Source: Candidatus Atribacter alterifermentans (GTDB lineage Bacteria; Atribacterota; Atribacteria; Atribacterales; Atribacteraceae). From it: DNA of 37,212 nucleotides. The translations under genes and the position numbers were made by a program. Positions 1 through 10,849 of the stretch are shown here, piece after piece; positions within the stretch are counted from its first letter, which is position 1, and each line of letters starts with the position of its first letter. Where the stretch lies: NCBI GenBank assembly GCA_012517635.1, contig JAAYUP010000058.1, positions 1 to 37,212 of the forward strand. Reading direction: 5' to 3'. Below the pieces are notes generated by a model. The model did no database searches, was not told the origin of the DNA, and saw only the letters and a program-made list of their open reading frames with translations.

Positions 1-719
1 AACTCATGAAAGAAACCGGCGTCAACATTATTGCGGGATGTGGATTTTATACTCATGATACTCATACAGCTGATATTGAAAAGAAATCAATTGAAGATAT
101 TACCGAAATAATCATGCATGACCTATTGATTGGCATGGATCATACGGGAGTTTGTTCTGGAGTGATTGGTGAGATTGGAACCAGCCAGTCTATTCATCCG
201 AATGAAAAAAAGGTTCTTCAAGCAGCCGGTAAAGCCCAGTTCCAAAGCAAAGTTCCACTATTCATTCATATCTATCCCTGGTCGAAAAATGGGATAGAAG
301 TTTTGAAGATTTTAGAAAATGAAGGAGCCAATCTATCCCAAGTCGTTATCTGCCATTCAGATGTGGAGATGGACCCTGATTATATGATTTCAGTCATGAA
401 ACGGGGCGCATTTATCGAATTCGATAATTTTGGGAAAGAGTTTTGGATTCCAGCAGAAAAAAGGGCTTTCGCTGGAGGAAATTTTGCCACTGATCGGGAA
501 CGAGTTCAGGTTATCCGTAATTTGGTTGACCTTGGTTTTCAGAATCGTCTTCTTATAACCAATGATATTTGTTTAAAGGCCATGCTTCACGCTTACGGAG
601 GATGGGGGTATGACCATATTTTGAGGAATATCGTTCCAATGCTTATTGATATTGGAGTTGAAGAAAAAATAGTTTGGGAATTACTCATAAAGAATCCCCA
701 ACAACTTTTTTTAGGATAA
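1..719 (+). CDS. Phosphotriesterase-family (PHP/PTE-like) metallohydrolase, 5'-truncated by the window edge
   Basis: Motifs GCGFY, GVIGEIG, FIH, CHSD, FDNFG, TNDIC and GGWGYDHI. The N-terminal HxH is missing and the frame is open to the window edge. Confidence 0.85.
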   Translation, partial: LMKETGVNIIAGCGFYTHDTHTADIEKKSIEDITEIIMHDLLIGMDHTGVCSGVIGEIGTSQSIHPNEKKVLQAAGKAQFQSKVPLFIHIYPWSKNGIEVLKILENEGANLSQVVICHSDVEMDPDYMISVMKRGAFIEFDNFGKEFWIPAEKRAFAGGNFATDRERVQVIRNLVDLGFQNRLLITNDICLKAMLHAYGGWGYDHILRNIVPMLIDIGVEEKIVWELLIKNPQQLFLG

Positions 720-737
720 AAAATGAGGAGGTTAACC

Positions 738-1907
738 ATGAAAAAACTTAGTATAAGTGATCAAGAATTTCAACGCCGCGTCAATCGTTTACAAGAGGAA
801 ATGAAAAAAGAAAATGTTGATTTATGGGTGGGTTATTCAAGTGAAAGCGAAGCTTCGATATCTTTGTACTTAGCAGGATTTCAGCCCTTTTTTGATTTTG
901 CAGGGGTTATGGTACCTAGAGAAGGTGAAGCAGTTTTGATCACCGGTGGACCAGAGTCATTTGAAATGGCTAGGGAGTTTTCCAGGATTAAAAAAATTCT
1001 TATTCATGGCTTATTTGTCGAAACTTCAGCGCCTGAATGGGTTCCTGATACTGAAATTTTTGATTTTTCGACCATCATTCCACAGGTTATGGGAAGGATT
1101 CAACCCAAAAAAATTGCCATTAGTCAATGGAACACCTTTCCATACATTATATTTCAAGATTTGGTAAAAAATTGTCCCCACGCTGAAGTTGTCTCTGGTG
1201 ATGAAATGTTGCTTCGAGTTCGTCAAATTAAATCGAAAGAGGAAATTGAGATTATTGCTGAAGCGTATCGTATTACTGAGGAGTCTGTGAAACGATCACT
1301 TGAAGTAGCTCGGATCGGAGTGAGTGAGAGATTTTTGGAAAACGAGGGTCGGAAAGTCATGCTTGATTTGGGAGCAGAAGGAACATCTTATCCAATATGG
1401 GTTTGTTCAGGAAAGAATACCTCTCGTAGTTTGTGTAAATCAACAGATAAGCTTATTCAGGCAAACGAATTAGTCCAAATTACCTTTGGTGCTCGATATC
1501 AGGGATATTGTGGGAACATGTGCCGGGTTTTTTCAATTGGAGAACCTGACCCAAAAGTGAAAAAAATGATGTCGGTTGCCCTCCAATCAATGGAAGATGC
1601 TCTCGAAATGATTCGACCTGGTGTCCTTTCTTGTGAGGTTTTCAAAAAATATTATAATCACCTATCAAAATATGGATGGGAAAAATTTACTCTTTATGGC
1701 CCTGCTCATGGAACAGGAGTATCCGAAGTCGAAGGTCTTTGGCTTTCTGAAAGGAATCCCTTTGTCATCCAACCGAACATGGTGTTTAATATTGATATAT
1801 GGCTCACTAATGGTGAGGTGGGAATGAGGTATGAAGATGGGATTGTAGTTACTGAAAATGGAATTCGGGAGCTCAATTCTTATCGGCGAGAGATCATTAT
1901 TTTATAA
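738..1907 (+). CDS. M24 (Xaa-Pro peptidase/creatinase-like) family protein
   Basis: Creatinase-type N-domain plus IKSKEEI, HGTG and GMRYEDGIVVT. Start placed at ATG 738, after AGGAGG at 726-731. Confidence 0.85.
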   Translation: MKKLSISDQEFQRRVNRLQEEMKKENVDLWVGYSSESEASISLYLAGFQPFFDFAGVMVPREGEAVLITGGPESFEMAREFSRIKKILIHGLFVETSAPEWVPDTEIFDFSTIIPQVMGRIQPKKIAISQWNTFPYIIFQDLVKNCPHAEVVSGDEMLLRVRQIKSKEEIEIIAEAYRITEESVKRSLEVARIGVSERFLENEGRKVMLDLGAEGTSYPIWVCSGKNTSRSLCKSTDKLIQANELVQITFGARYQGYCGNMCRVFSIGEPDPKVKKMMSVALQSMEDALEMIRPGVLSCEVFKKYYNHLSKYGWEKFTLYGPAHGTGVSEVEGLWLSERNPFVIQPNMVFNIDIWLTNGEVGMRYEDGIVVTENGIRELNSYRREIIIL

Positions 1908-1972
1908 TGTTAAAATACGAAAAAGCTTAGAAAATGTTAAATTAAATATTTAAATCTGAAGGAGGTTATTTT

Positions 1973-2767
1973 ATGTTTCAGGTTTTAGCCGTTTCAACCA
2001 ATACCTACCATAATTTCTCTCTCGAAGATGCTTTAAAAGGCATAACTCAATCTGGTTTTCATTATTTTGAATTGGCTTGTGTTCGAGGTTGGACTGAGCA
2101 TTTTTCATTGCAAGGCTTTTCCCAGACCGATGTAAGAAAATTAGAAGAAAAATGTAACCAATACAATTTAAAGATAAGTAGCTTGAGTGGCCATTCTGAC
2201 TTATCTGGTCCCGAAGGATTTGAAAATCTAAAAAAAGCCATTGATTTAGCGACAATGCTTGGCGTAAAGGTTGTCAACACCGGGACGGTAGAAAAAGAAA
2301 GTGACTTATCAGTGTTTTACCAACATATTCCAGATTTGGGAAACTATGCACTGAATAAGGGTGTTAAGGTTGGACTTGAGATCCATGGTGATGTTCTAAA
2401 AAATGGACAAGCAGCTAAAGAAATCATGGAAACAATTAATCATCCTGCTATTGGAATTAATTATGATACGGGAAATTGTATTTTTTATGGTGATAGTTTA
2501 CCAGAAGAAGATATCATTCATTGCCTTCCCTGGATTATTCATATCCATTTAAAAGACAAGATAGGTGGTTTTAAAGTATGGAACTTTCCAACGTTAGGCG
2601 AGGGAATGGTTAACTTTAAAAAGGTTTTCAGCATCTTGAAGGAAAAACAAATTGATGTACCAATGAGCGTAGAAATTGAATATAGTGGTTCGTTTGATCA
2701 TCCAGTTACTTTTGTTGATGAATGCGTAAAAAAATCCTATGATTATCTTCAAAAAGTTCTCGTATAG
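1973..2767 (+). CDS. Sugar phosphate isomerase/epimerase (xylose-isomerase-like TIM barrel)
   Basis: Metal-ligand pattern GLEIH, NYDTGN, HIHLKD, LGEG and SVEIE; AAGGAGG RBS. Confidence 0.85.
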   Translation: MFQVLAVSTNTYHNFSLEDALKGITQSGFHYFELACVRGWTEHFSLQGFSQTDVRKLEEKCNQYNLKISSLSGHSDLSGPEGFENLKKAIDLATMLGVKVVNTGTVEKESDLSVFYQHIPDLGNYALNKGVKVGLEIHGDVLKNGQAAKEIMETINHPAIGINYDTGNCIFYGDSLPEEDIIHCLPWIIHIHLKDKIGGFKVWNFPTLGEGMVNFKKVFSILKEKQIDVPMSVEIEYSGSFDHPVTFVDECVKKSYDYLQKVLV

Positions 2768-2779
2768 GAGGCAGATGCT

Positions 2780-3658
2780 ATGCGTAAAGAAGACTTTATT
2801 TTCTATAATCTTCGGTTAGGTCAAAAAGGGAATGATATCAATATTGTTTTTCCTAATTGGAAACCAGGAGACGAAAGGGTCGCAGTATTTTCACCACACG
2901 ATGATGACGGAATACTCGGTCCAGGATCACTTATTCAAGGCATTCCTCTTTTTGGAGGTGAGGTCCATATTATAATATTTTGCAATGGTTCTGGTGGTTA
3001 TAGTGAGATAGAACAAAAATATATTATTACTGCTCTTCGCTCCAGAGAAACAGCTCGGGCTTACGGTGTTTTGGGAATAAAGGAAGAAAAAATCCATCGC
3101 CTTGAATACGATGATTATAGCGTTTTTCCTTTTATTGGTTACAAGCTTTCTGGAGGTGAGGAAGGCACATTTAAGAAAATCATGCCTCTGCTTCGACAGC
3201 TCAAAATCACCCGTGTTTTAGTCCCAAATGGTTATCGAGAACATCTTGATCATACTGCTACTTTTATGGTTGGAGCTTTTGATACTCCTCAAATTGGTGA
3301 TCCAGTTATGGCAGATTGGGGTCAAGCCGAACCCATTCGTTCGATTTTACAATATGCTGTTTGGAGCGATTTTTCTCCTGAAGATGCAATGGTTGAAGGA
3401 GTTGACACTGAAATTCGGGCTAATCGTGCTTTGAGGGCTCCGATTGAGGCAGAAAGGAATGTTCTTAAGGCCATGGAAGAGTATCAAACCCAAGCAAAAA
3501 TAATATCAGGACTATTAAAGGCCAGAGAAGAAAGAGTAATTTCAAAAAATCAAGTTGTCGAAGTTTTTCTTTATTTTGATCCACGACCTCGGTGTGAGTA
3601 TAAAAAATATATTCATCAAATAGAAAAGATTGATAATGATGGAGGTTTTTCTCAATGA
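2780..3658 (+). CDS. PIG-L/LmbE-family N-deacetylase
   Basis: SPHDDD and HLDH motifs, R..E...A helix; AGGAGG RBS. Confidence 0.85.
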   Translation: MRKEDFIFYNLRLGQKGNDINIVFPNWKPGDERVAVFSPHDDDGILGPGSLIQGIPLFGGEVHIIIFCNGSGGYSEIEQKYIITALRSRETARAYGVLGIKEEKIHRLEYDDYSVFPFIGYKLSGGEEGTFKKIMPLLRQLKITRVLVPNGYREHLDHTATFMVGAFDTPQIGDPVMADWGQAEPIRSILQYAVWSDFSPEDAMVEGVDTEIRANRALRAPIEAERNVLKAMEEYQTQAKIISGLLKAREERVISKNQVVEVFLYFDPRPRCEYKKYIHQIEKIDNDGGFSQ

Positions 3659-4659
3659 AAAATATTGCTTTGTTCGGATCTGGTTTTATTGCTGGGGTTC
3701 ATATGGAGGGTTGGAAAAGAATCCCCGAAGCTAACGTGGTTGCTTTTTTTGAAGTTGTTCCTGAAAAAGCTCGGAATTTTCAAGAAAAATATTCAATTCC
3801 TCACTATTCTTCTTTACCTCGTCTGCTTGAAGAGAAGGAAATCGATATTGTTGATATTTGTTTACCAACTTTTTTACACCGTGATTATGTTTTACAAGCA
3901 GCTCAAGCCGGGAAACACATCATCTGTGAAAAACCGATGGCTTTAAATGTCGAAGATGCCGTAGCGATGAAAAATGCCTGCCAGTTAAACAATGTTGAAC
4001 TGATGATTGGTCATGCACTCCGTTTTTGGGGAGAATATAGGAAAGCCAAAGAATTAGTCTCTCAGGGGAAAATTGGGAAAATACTCTCCATTGATGCTTA
4101 TCGATTAAGCGTTTCACCTACTTGGTCGGTAATAAGTTGGATTCTTCAACAAAATTTGAGCGGTGGGGCAGCGTTGGACCTTCACATTCATGATTTGGAT
4201 TTTGCGAATTGGATTGGAGGGAAGCCTGTTGAAGTATTTTCGCGCGGGGTTCAGTCGGTTAATGGTTCCTGGGATCATGCCCACACCAGCGTTCGATATG
4301 ATGATGGAATAATTGCTAACATAGAAGGTGGTTGGTTGATGAAGGGAGCATTCCCTTTTACAATGGGATATCGGATTTTAGGAACAGAAGGTGTTATTGA
4401 GTGGGAATTCCGTGCTGGGGTGAATATTGAGCAAAGAGGAGAAGCGAATCCAGTAATTATCTATCGAGATGGTGAGAAAGAAGAAAAAATAAACGCACAA
4501 GATGATGATGCTTATTATCTTGAATTGAAGTATTTCTTTGATTGCATAGAAAATCATCGACCAATCGAACAGGCAACTGCAGACCATGGTATTACTGCCG
4601 TTCGAGTTGCAAATGCAGCTCGAGAATCAATGGAAAAGGGCATAATTGTGAAATTATAG
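3655..4659 (+). CDS. Gfo/Idh/MocA-family NAD(P)-dependent oxidoreductase
   Basis: GSGFIA Rossmann start, CEKPMA, GGAALDLHIHDLD; ATGA overlap with the upstream gene. Confidence 0.9.
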   Translation: MKNIALFGSGFIAGVHMEGWKRIPEANVVAFFEVVPEKARNFQEKYSIPHYSSLPRLLEEKEIDIVDICLPTFLHRDYVLQAAQAGKHIICEKPMALNVEDAVAMKNACQLNNVELMIGHALRFWGEYRKAKELVSQGKIGKILSIDAYRLSVSPTWSVISWILQQNLSGGAALDLHIHDLDFANWIGGKPVEVFSRGVQSVNGSWDHAHTSVRYDDGIIANIEGGWLMKGAFPFTMGYRILGTEGVIEWEFRAGVNIEQRGEANPVIIYRDGEKEEKINAQDDDAYYLELKYFFDCIENHRPIEQATADHGITAVRVANAARESMEKGIIVKL

Positions 4660-4710
4660 TAGGATTCATTTTCTTAAATGACAAAACTTTATATTAGAAT
4701 GTTGAGGCTG

Positions 4711-4743
4711 GAAAGGAAATCTTTCAAAGGAAGACTTCCTTTC
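4711..4743 (+). terminator. Imperfect hairpin after the catabolic operon, possible terminator
   Basis: GAAAGGAA-A-TCTTTC / GGAAGA-C-TTCCTTTC; weak U-tract. Confidence 0.4.
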
Positions 4744-4800
4744 TAAGGAAAATAAAAAATGAAAATAAATAGGGAGAGTATTCGAAGATAAAAAAAGGCC

Positions 4801-6120
4801 ATGCGTAAGATTCTCATTGTTGAGGAAGATGTTCTTATTCGAGAAAAACTGTCAAATTTACTTCGTGATGAAAGATATTATGTCATTGCAGTCAAAGATC
4901 GAAGCGTAGCTATCAATTGTTTAGAGAGAGAATCGATTGAAATTATGATTAGTGCTGAAAAAATTATTCAAGAAAATGGTTTTGAATTGCTATCAGTTGC
5001 CAAACAGCGTTTATCCAATATAATTGTTATTGCAGTTGGTGAAAATGAGAATGCTTATCAAGTCCGTGGTTTGCTTGCAAAAGGAATTTATGAATACTTA
5101 TCCCATCCCCTTACTCCTTCAAGAATTCTGTCTTCAATTAAAAGAGCAGAGGAGAAGATCACCCTTTTAGAGGAAAATAAAGACTTAAAACGCCGAATTG
5201 ATTACCGTTATTCTTTTGCTGGGATAACGGGAGTATCAGAAAAAATGCAAAAAGTTTTTTCTTTAATTCTCCAGGTTTCACAGATAAAACGTCCAATATT
5301 GCTTATGGGAGAATCAGGGACTGGGAAAGAAATGATCGCACGAGCCATCCACAAATATGCTTTTCCTGATGAAAGGGGTTTTTACAAAATACTCTGTAGT
5401 AATCTTCCACCCGGTGCTCTTAAAGAAAAAATATTTTATCGCGATATTGATGTTCTTTCAAAAAAAGATACCCTTGACCAACTTCCATCAGGAACAATTT
5501 ATTTTGAAGATATCCATCTTTTACCCTATCCCCTTCAAATTGAATTAATAGATTTTCTTGAGGAAAATCGTTTTGGGCGAGGTGATAAAGATTTACATAT
5601 TATTACTTCAACTGAAGTCCCCCTTGAAGAAGAAGTCGCCCGGGGAATATTTCGCAATGATCTCTTTTATTTTCTCAATGCAGTAAAAATTGATGTCCCC
5701 TCTCTTCGAGAGAGAAAAGAGGATATTCCTTTTCTTATCGACGTTTTTTTAAAGGAAATTGAAGAAGGAACCAACAGGAAAACCATTAAAATGAGCAAAG
5801 AAGCCTTAAATTTATTATTAGAGTATCATTGGCCAGGGAACATTACTGAATTAAAAAATACTATAGAAGGTATGGTTATTCTAAGTGAAAGCGAGTTCAT
5901 TCTTCCAGAAGATATTCCCGTTCATATAAAAAGTGGTGTTGGGACAGGTCACTCCCTTCAAATAGAAGTTGGCATGTCCTTAGAACAGGCAGAAAAAAGC
6001 TTAATTTGGGAAACCCTGAAAGCCAACCGTTTTAATAAGAGTAAAAGTGCCCAAATTCTTGGAATTGGCCTTCGTACTCTCTATCGAAAAATTGAGCAGT
6101 ATGATCTCAAATCTCAATAA
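4801..6120 (+). CDS. NtrC/AtoC-like regulator (receiver + AAA+ + Fis-type HTH), catalytically degenerate
   Basis: GESGTGKEMIARAIH, SLRERKEDIP, WPGN and HTH AQILGIGLRTLYRK. GAFTGA is absent and the phospho-Asp is replaced by Ala. Confidence 0.9.
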   Translation: MRKILIVEEDVLIREKLSNLLRDERYYVIAVKDRSVAINCLERESIEIMISAEKIIQENGFELLSVAKQRLSNIIVIAVGENENAYQVRGLLAKGIYEYLSHPLTPSRILSSIKRAEEKITLLEENKDLKRRIDYRYSFAGITGVSEKMQKVFSLILQVSQIKRPILLMGESGTGKEMIARAIHKYAFPDERGFYKILCSNLPPGALKEKIFYRDIDVLSKKDTLDQLPSGTIYFEDIHLLPYPLQIELIDFLEENRFGRGDKDLHIITSTEVPLEEEVARGIFRNDLFYFLNAVKIDVPSLRERKEDIPFLIDVFLKEIEEGTNRKTIKMSKEALNLLLEYHWPGNITELKNTIEGMVILSESEFILPEDIPVHIKSGVGTGHSLQIEVGMSLEQAEKSLIWETLKANRFNKSKSAQILGIGLRTLYRKIEQYDLKSQ

Positions 6121-6405
6121 ACAATAAATGATTTGTTTAAATAGCTGCTCAAGTTATTTTTTTTTCAATAATAAATAAAGTTACCCGAAAAATCACCTCC
6201 CTAAAAAATTGGCGAATCCTTTAAAGAGGGAAACTGAAATGATTTTTTATGTTTAGCCTACATATGAATTTTTTCATTGAAGGAATTAATCATTGATCCT
6301 TTTTTTCTTTTTACTACCTCTATTTCAATGATTTCTTTCTGAAAAAAGTGCTAATCTTATTTATCTTGGTATACTAAAAAAATAAAAATCAGGAATTGTT
6401 CGTTG

Positions 6406-6497
6406 TGCATTTTGTCATATATGTTATTTTGACATATTCTCTATGAGAATATTGTAAGAATAACTAACTATCCAAGTTACATTTTGTCAAAATGTCA
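6406..6497. promoter_or_regulatory. Cluster of TG(T/A)CA-type inverted repeats upstream of groES, candidate operators
   Basis: ATGTTA-TTT-TGACAT (6421-6435); perfect ACATTTTG-T-CAAAATGT (6479-6495); CATTTTGTCA occurs twice (6408, 6480). Confidence 0.5.
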
Positions 6498-6527
6498 TAT
6501 TTTTGATTTTGTTTGACTTTAACCCTC

Positions 6528-6555
6528 TTGCAATTTCGAAAAAAATGTTTAAAAT
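6528..6555 (+). promoter_or_regulatory. Putative sigma70-type promoter of groESL
   Basis: TTGCAA-N16-TAAAAT, about 50 nt upstream of the GTG start. Confidence 0.45.
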
Positions 6556-6605
6556 GAGATACGATAAATGAATAAATTAATACTTCCGAAAGGGGTGAAT
6601 ATCGA

Positions 6606-8542
<1,937 letters not shown>

Positions 8543-8566
8543 AAAATAAAAAAATGCTATAATAGT

Positions 8567-8600
8567 ATAGCCCGGAGGGATAACTTCTCCGGGCTATTTT
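8567..8600 (+). terminator. Intrinsic terminator of groESL
   Basis: ATAGCCCGGAG...CTCCGGGCTAT stem followed by TTT. Confidence 0.8.
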
Positions 8601-8633
8601 GTAAGGCAGCTGAGAGATGGGGAGGAAGCAAAA

Positions 8634-8927
8634 ATGCCAATTTATGAATACCAGTGTACCGAGTGTGGAAATGTGTTTGAAGAGCTACAGTCATTTTCTG
8701 ATAAGCCAATAACTCAATGCCCTATCTGTAAAGGAAGAGTGAGGAAGCTGGTAAGTAAGGGTGTCGGTTTATCTTTTAAGGGAAGCGGTTTTTATTGTAC
8801 CGATTACCGTTCTTCTCATTCTTCGCCTGTTCATTCGAGTTGTTCAAGTGGTTGTAACACTGGGAGTTGTTCAACATGTGGTACTTCATCAAGCTCAAAA
8901 GCGAAGACTTCGAAAACTGCTGAATAA
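8634..8927 (+). CDS. FmdB-family zinc-ribbon protein
   Basis: MPIYEYQCTECG...CPIC...FKGSGFY.TDY with a Ser/Cys-rich tail; GGAGG RBS. Confidence 0.9.
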   Translation: MPIYEYQCTECGNVFEELQSFSDKPITQCPICKGRVRKLVSKGVGLSFKGSGFYCTDYRSSHSSPVHSSCSSGCNTGSCSTCGTSSSSKAKTSKTAE

Positions 8928-8928
8928 T

Positions 8929-9555
8929 ATGGGCGGCTTTTCATATATTCTGATCTTTGCAGTTTTGATAGTAGGGGCAGTCGTCTGGGGTTTGAAGAGG
9001 AAAAAGACGGTCTCGGTTTCTGATTTTTGGCAAGAAAGAGAAAAAGAATATTCAGAAAAAAGAATACTTTCATCTTTTTCTCGTTATTTAGGAGGCCATG
9101 CCCGTTTTGAAAATACGACGGAAGGCCTCCTTTTTTTAATGTCGAAAAGTTTATGGTTTGAGAATTTTGAAAAAGGTGCAAATATTTTTGGATTTGCCTT
9201 TCCATTCGAAAAAGTCATTTTTCGAATTCCCCTCTCCCGGATTGGGCAAACTAAAACAATCCCCGAGAAAGAGCTCATCTCTCAAGGCATACTACATCCC
9301 AATATGAATGTTAGACGAGTCAATCGGAGACCAGAATATCTTTCGGTCAGTTATATCGATGAATGGGGAAGAGAAAAATAATTATTTTTTGATAGTATGA
9401 TTGACCTTTCACAATGGCATCAAGCCATAAAAGCTGCTTTAGAAGATTATATACCTGATGAAGAAGAAGAAAAGATTGGTGCATGCCCGAAATGCGGGAA
9501 AAAAGTATCTCCTGATTTTAAACTCTGTCCATATTGCGGTTGCCGATTATCTTAG
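8929..9555 (+). pseudogene. Membrane-anchored protein with C-terminal zinc ribbon, interrupted by an in-frame TAA at 9379-9381
   Basis: ATG 8929 starts a TM helix. After the TAA the same frame continues LFFDSMIDL...CPKCGKKVSPDFKLCPYCGCRLS to TAG 9555. Confidence 0.65.
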
Positions 9556-9753
9556 AAAAAATCGGATTATAAATAAGCACTTGTCCATTCTCATTCCACA
9601 GATATTCTCTCATATAAAGATATAAAGAAAAAAGTGAAATAAAGTTTATAGGTAATTTTTTCATTAAAATTTTTGTTAAAATTACCTTGTTGTCTTTTCA
9701 ATAAATAAGGAGTTATTTTTTAATAAATCGATGAGAAAGGGATAAAAGGTTTA

Positions 9754-10680
9754 TTGATGAAGGGGCTGAAAATTGGGCATTATACAGATTTGAATGTTTA
9801 TACCGGAAGTACAGTATTTCTTTTTGAAAGAAAAAATCGTGCTATAGCCTCAGTTCGTGGGGGTGCACCGGGAAGTAGAGAGCTAAATGCTCTTGCTCCT
9901 GGGCAATTAGTGGAAAATATTGATGCCTTAGTATTTTCGGGAGGTAGCTCTTTTGGAATTGATAGCATGTCTGGTGCAGTTGAATATCTGCGCCAAAAGG
10001 GAATCGGATATAAAACAAAAGCTGCCAATATTCCTATTGTTGCCGGTGCAGTAATCTATGATTTAGAAGTTGGTGAAAATGCTCCTCCTCATTCCGAGTG
10101 GGTTTATGCTGCCTGTGAAAATGCAACAGAAAAGCCCAAAGAAGGATCAGTTGGAGCTGGTACTGGAGCCTCGGTTGGAAAAAGTTCAGGAATTCGATTT
10201 GCCATGAAGAGTGGTTTTGGATGGGGAAAATCCCCTCATCATCGAGATGGTATTCATACTTTTATTGTTACCAACGCGTTAGGTGATATTTATGATCCAA
10301 GTTCAGGACAATTATTAGCCGGCAGAAGAAATAAAAGTGGAGAAATTGAAGGCTTTATGAAAAATCTTCAAATAAATTCTGATTTAATATCTTATTATAA
10401 TACCACCTTAGCTTTGATTGTTCTGGACTATTTTTTTTCAAGAGAAGACCTTTTTATGCTTTCTCATGTTGTACATTCCGCTTTATCAACTTGTATTCGA
10501 CCCTATGCAACTCTTTTTGATGGGGATACCATTTTTATGGTTTCAATGGGTGATCGACGTCCCAATTATCTAAGTGTTCTTCAAGGTTTATATGAAAGTG
10601 TTACCGAAGCAGTTATTCATTCAGTTTTATTCGCTGAAGGATTACCTGATTTACCTTCTCGAAATGATATAATAAAATAA
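9754..10680 (+). CDS. P1/S58 (DmpA/ArgJ-like, Ntn-type) peptidase or amidohydrolase
   Basis: VRGGAPGSRE, FSGGSSFG, EGSVGAGTGASVGK, NALGD, NTT and FDGDTIF motifs. Confidence 0.85.
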   Translation: MMKGLKIGHYTDLNVYTGSTVFLFERKNRAIASVRGGAPGSRELNALAPGQLVENIDALVFSGGSSFGIDSMSGAVEYLRQKGIGYKTKAANIPIVAGAVIYDLEVGENAPPHSEWVYAACENATEKPKEGSVGAGTGASVGKSSGIRFAMKSGFGWGKSPHHRDGIHTFIVTNALGDIYDPSSGQLLAGRRNKSGEIEGFMKNLQINSDLISYYNTTLALIVLDYFFSREDLFMLSHVVHSALSTCIRPYATLFDGDTIFMVSMGDRRPNYLSVLQGLYESVTEAVIHSVLFAEGLPDLPSRNDIIK

Positions 10681-10760
10681 AGGAATTGATAGAATCATAA
10701 TTTCAACTGAAAAAGAAGGAGGTGTAAGTTTCATCATATAGTGTGTTTGTTTGGTTTAAA

Positions 10761-10846
10761 CCGTCGACCCAAAAGGCGGCGAGAGATGGATAAAGGAAAT
10801 TCTTTATCCGTCTGGTATCTCAATAAGAGAACTAGAACGGAGGGAA
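10761..10846 (+). promoter_or_regulatory. Structured cis-regulatory leader with alternative hairpins overlapping the RBS (resembles the pan RNA motif)
   Basis: Hairpin 10784-10813 excludes hairpin 10807-10841, which has bulged As and reaches into GGAGGG. CCGTC occurs at 10761 and 10808. Confidence 0.6.
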
Positions 10847-10849
10847 AAA

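Noticed and set aside
6209-6225. TTGGCG as a sigma54 -24 box
   Set aside because: There is no GC at the -12 position (the sequence reads TTTAAA).
6346-6354. AAGTGCTAA resembling the right half of CIRCE
   Set aside because: There is no matching left arm 9 bp upstream, and it is far from the likely promoter.
8761-8928. N-terminal extension of the 206-aa ORF
   Set aside because: It overlaps the FmdB gene; ATG 8929 followed by a TM helix is the more plausible start.
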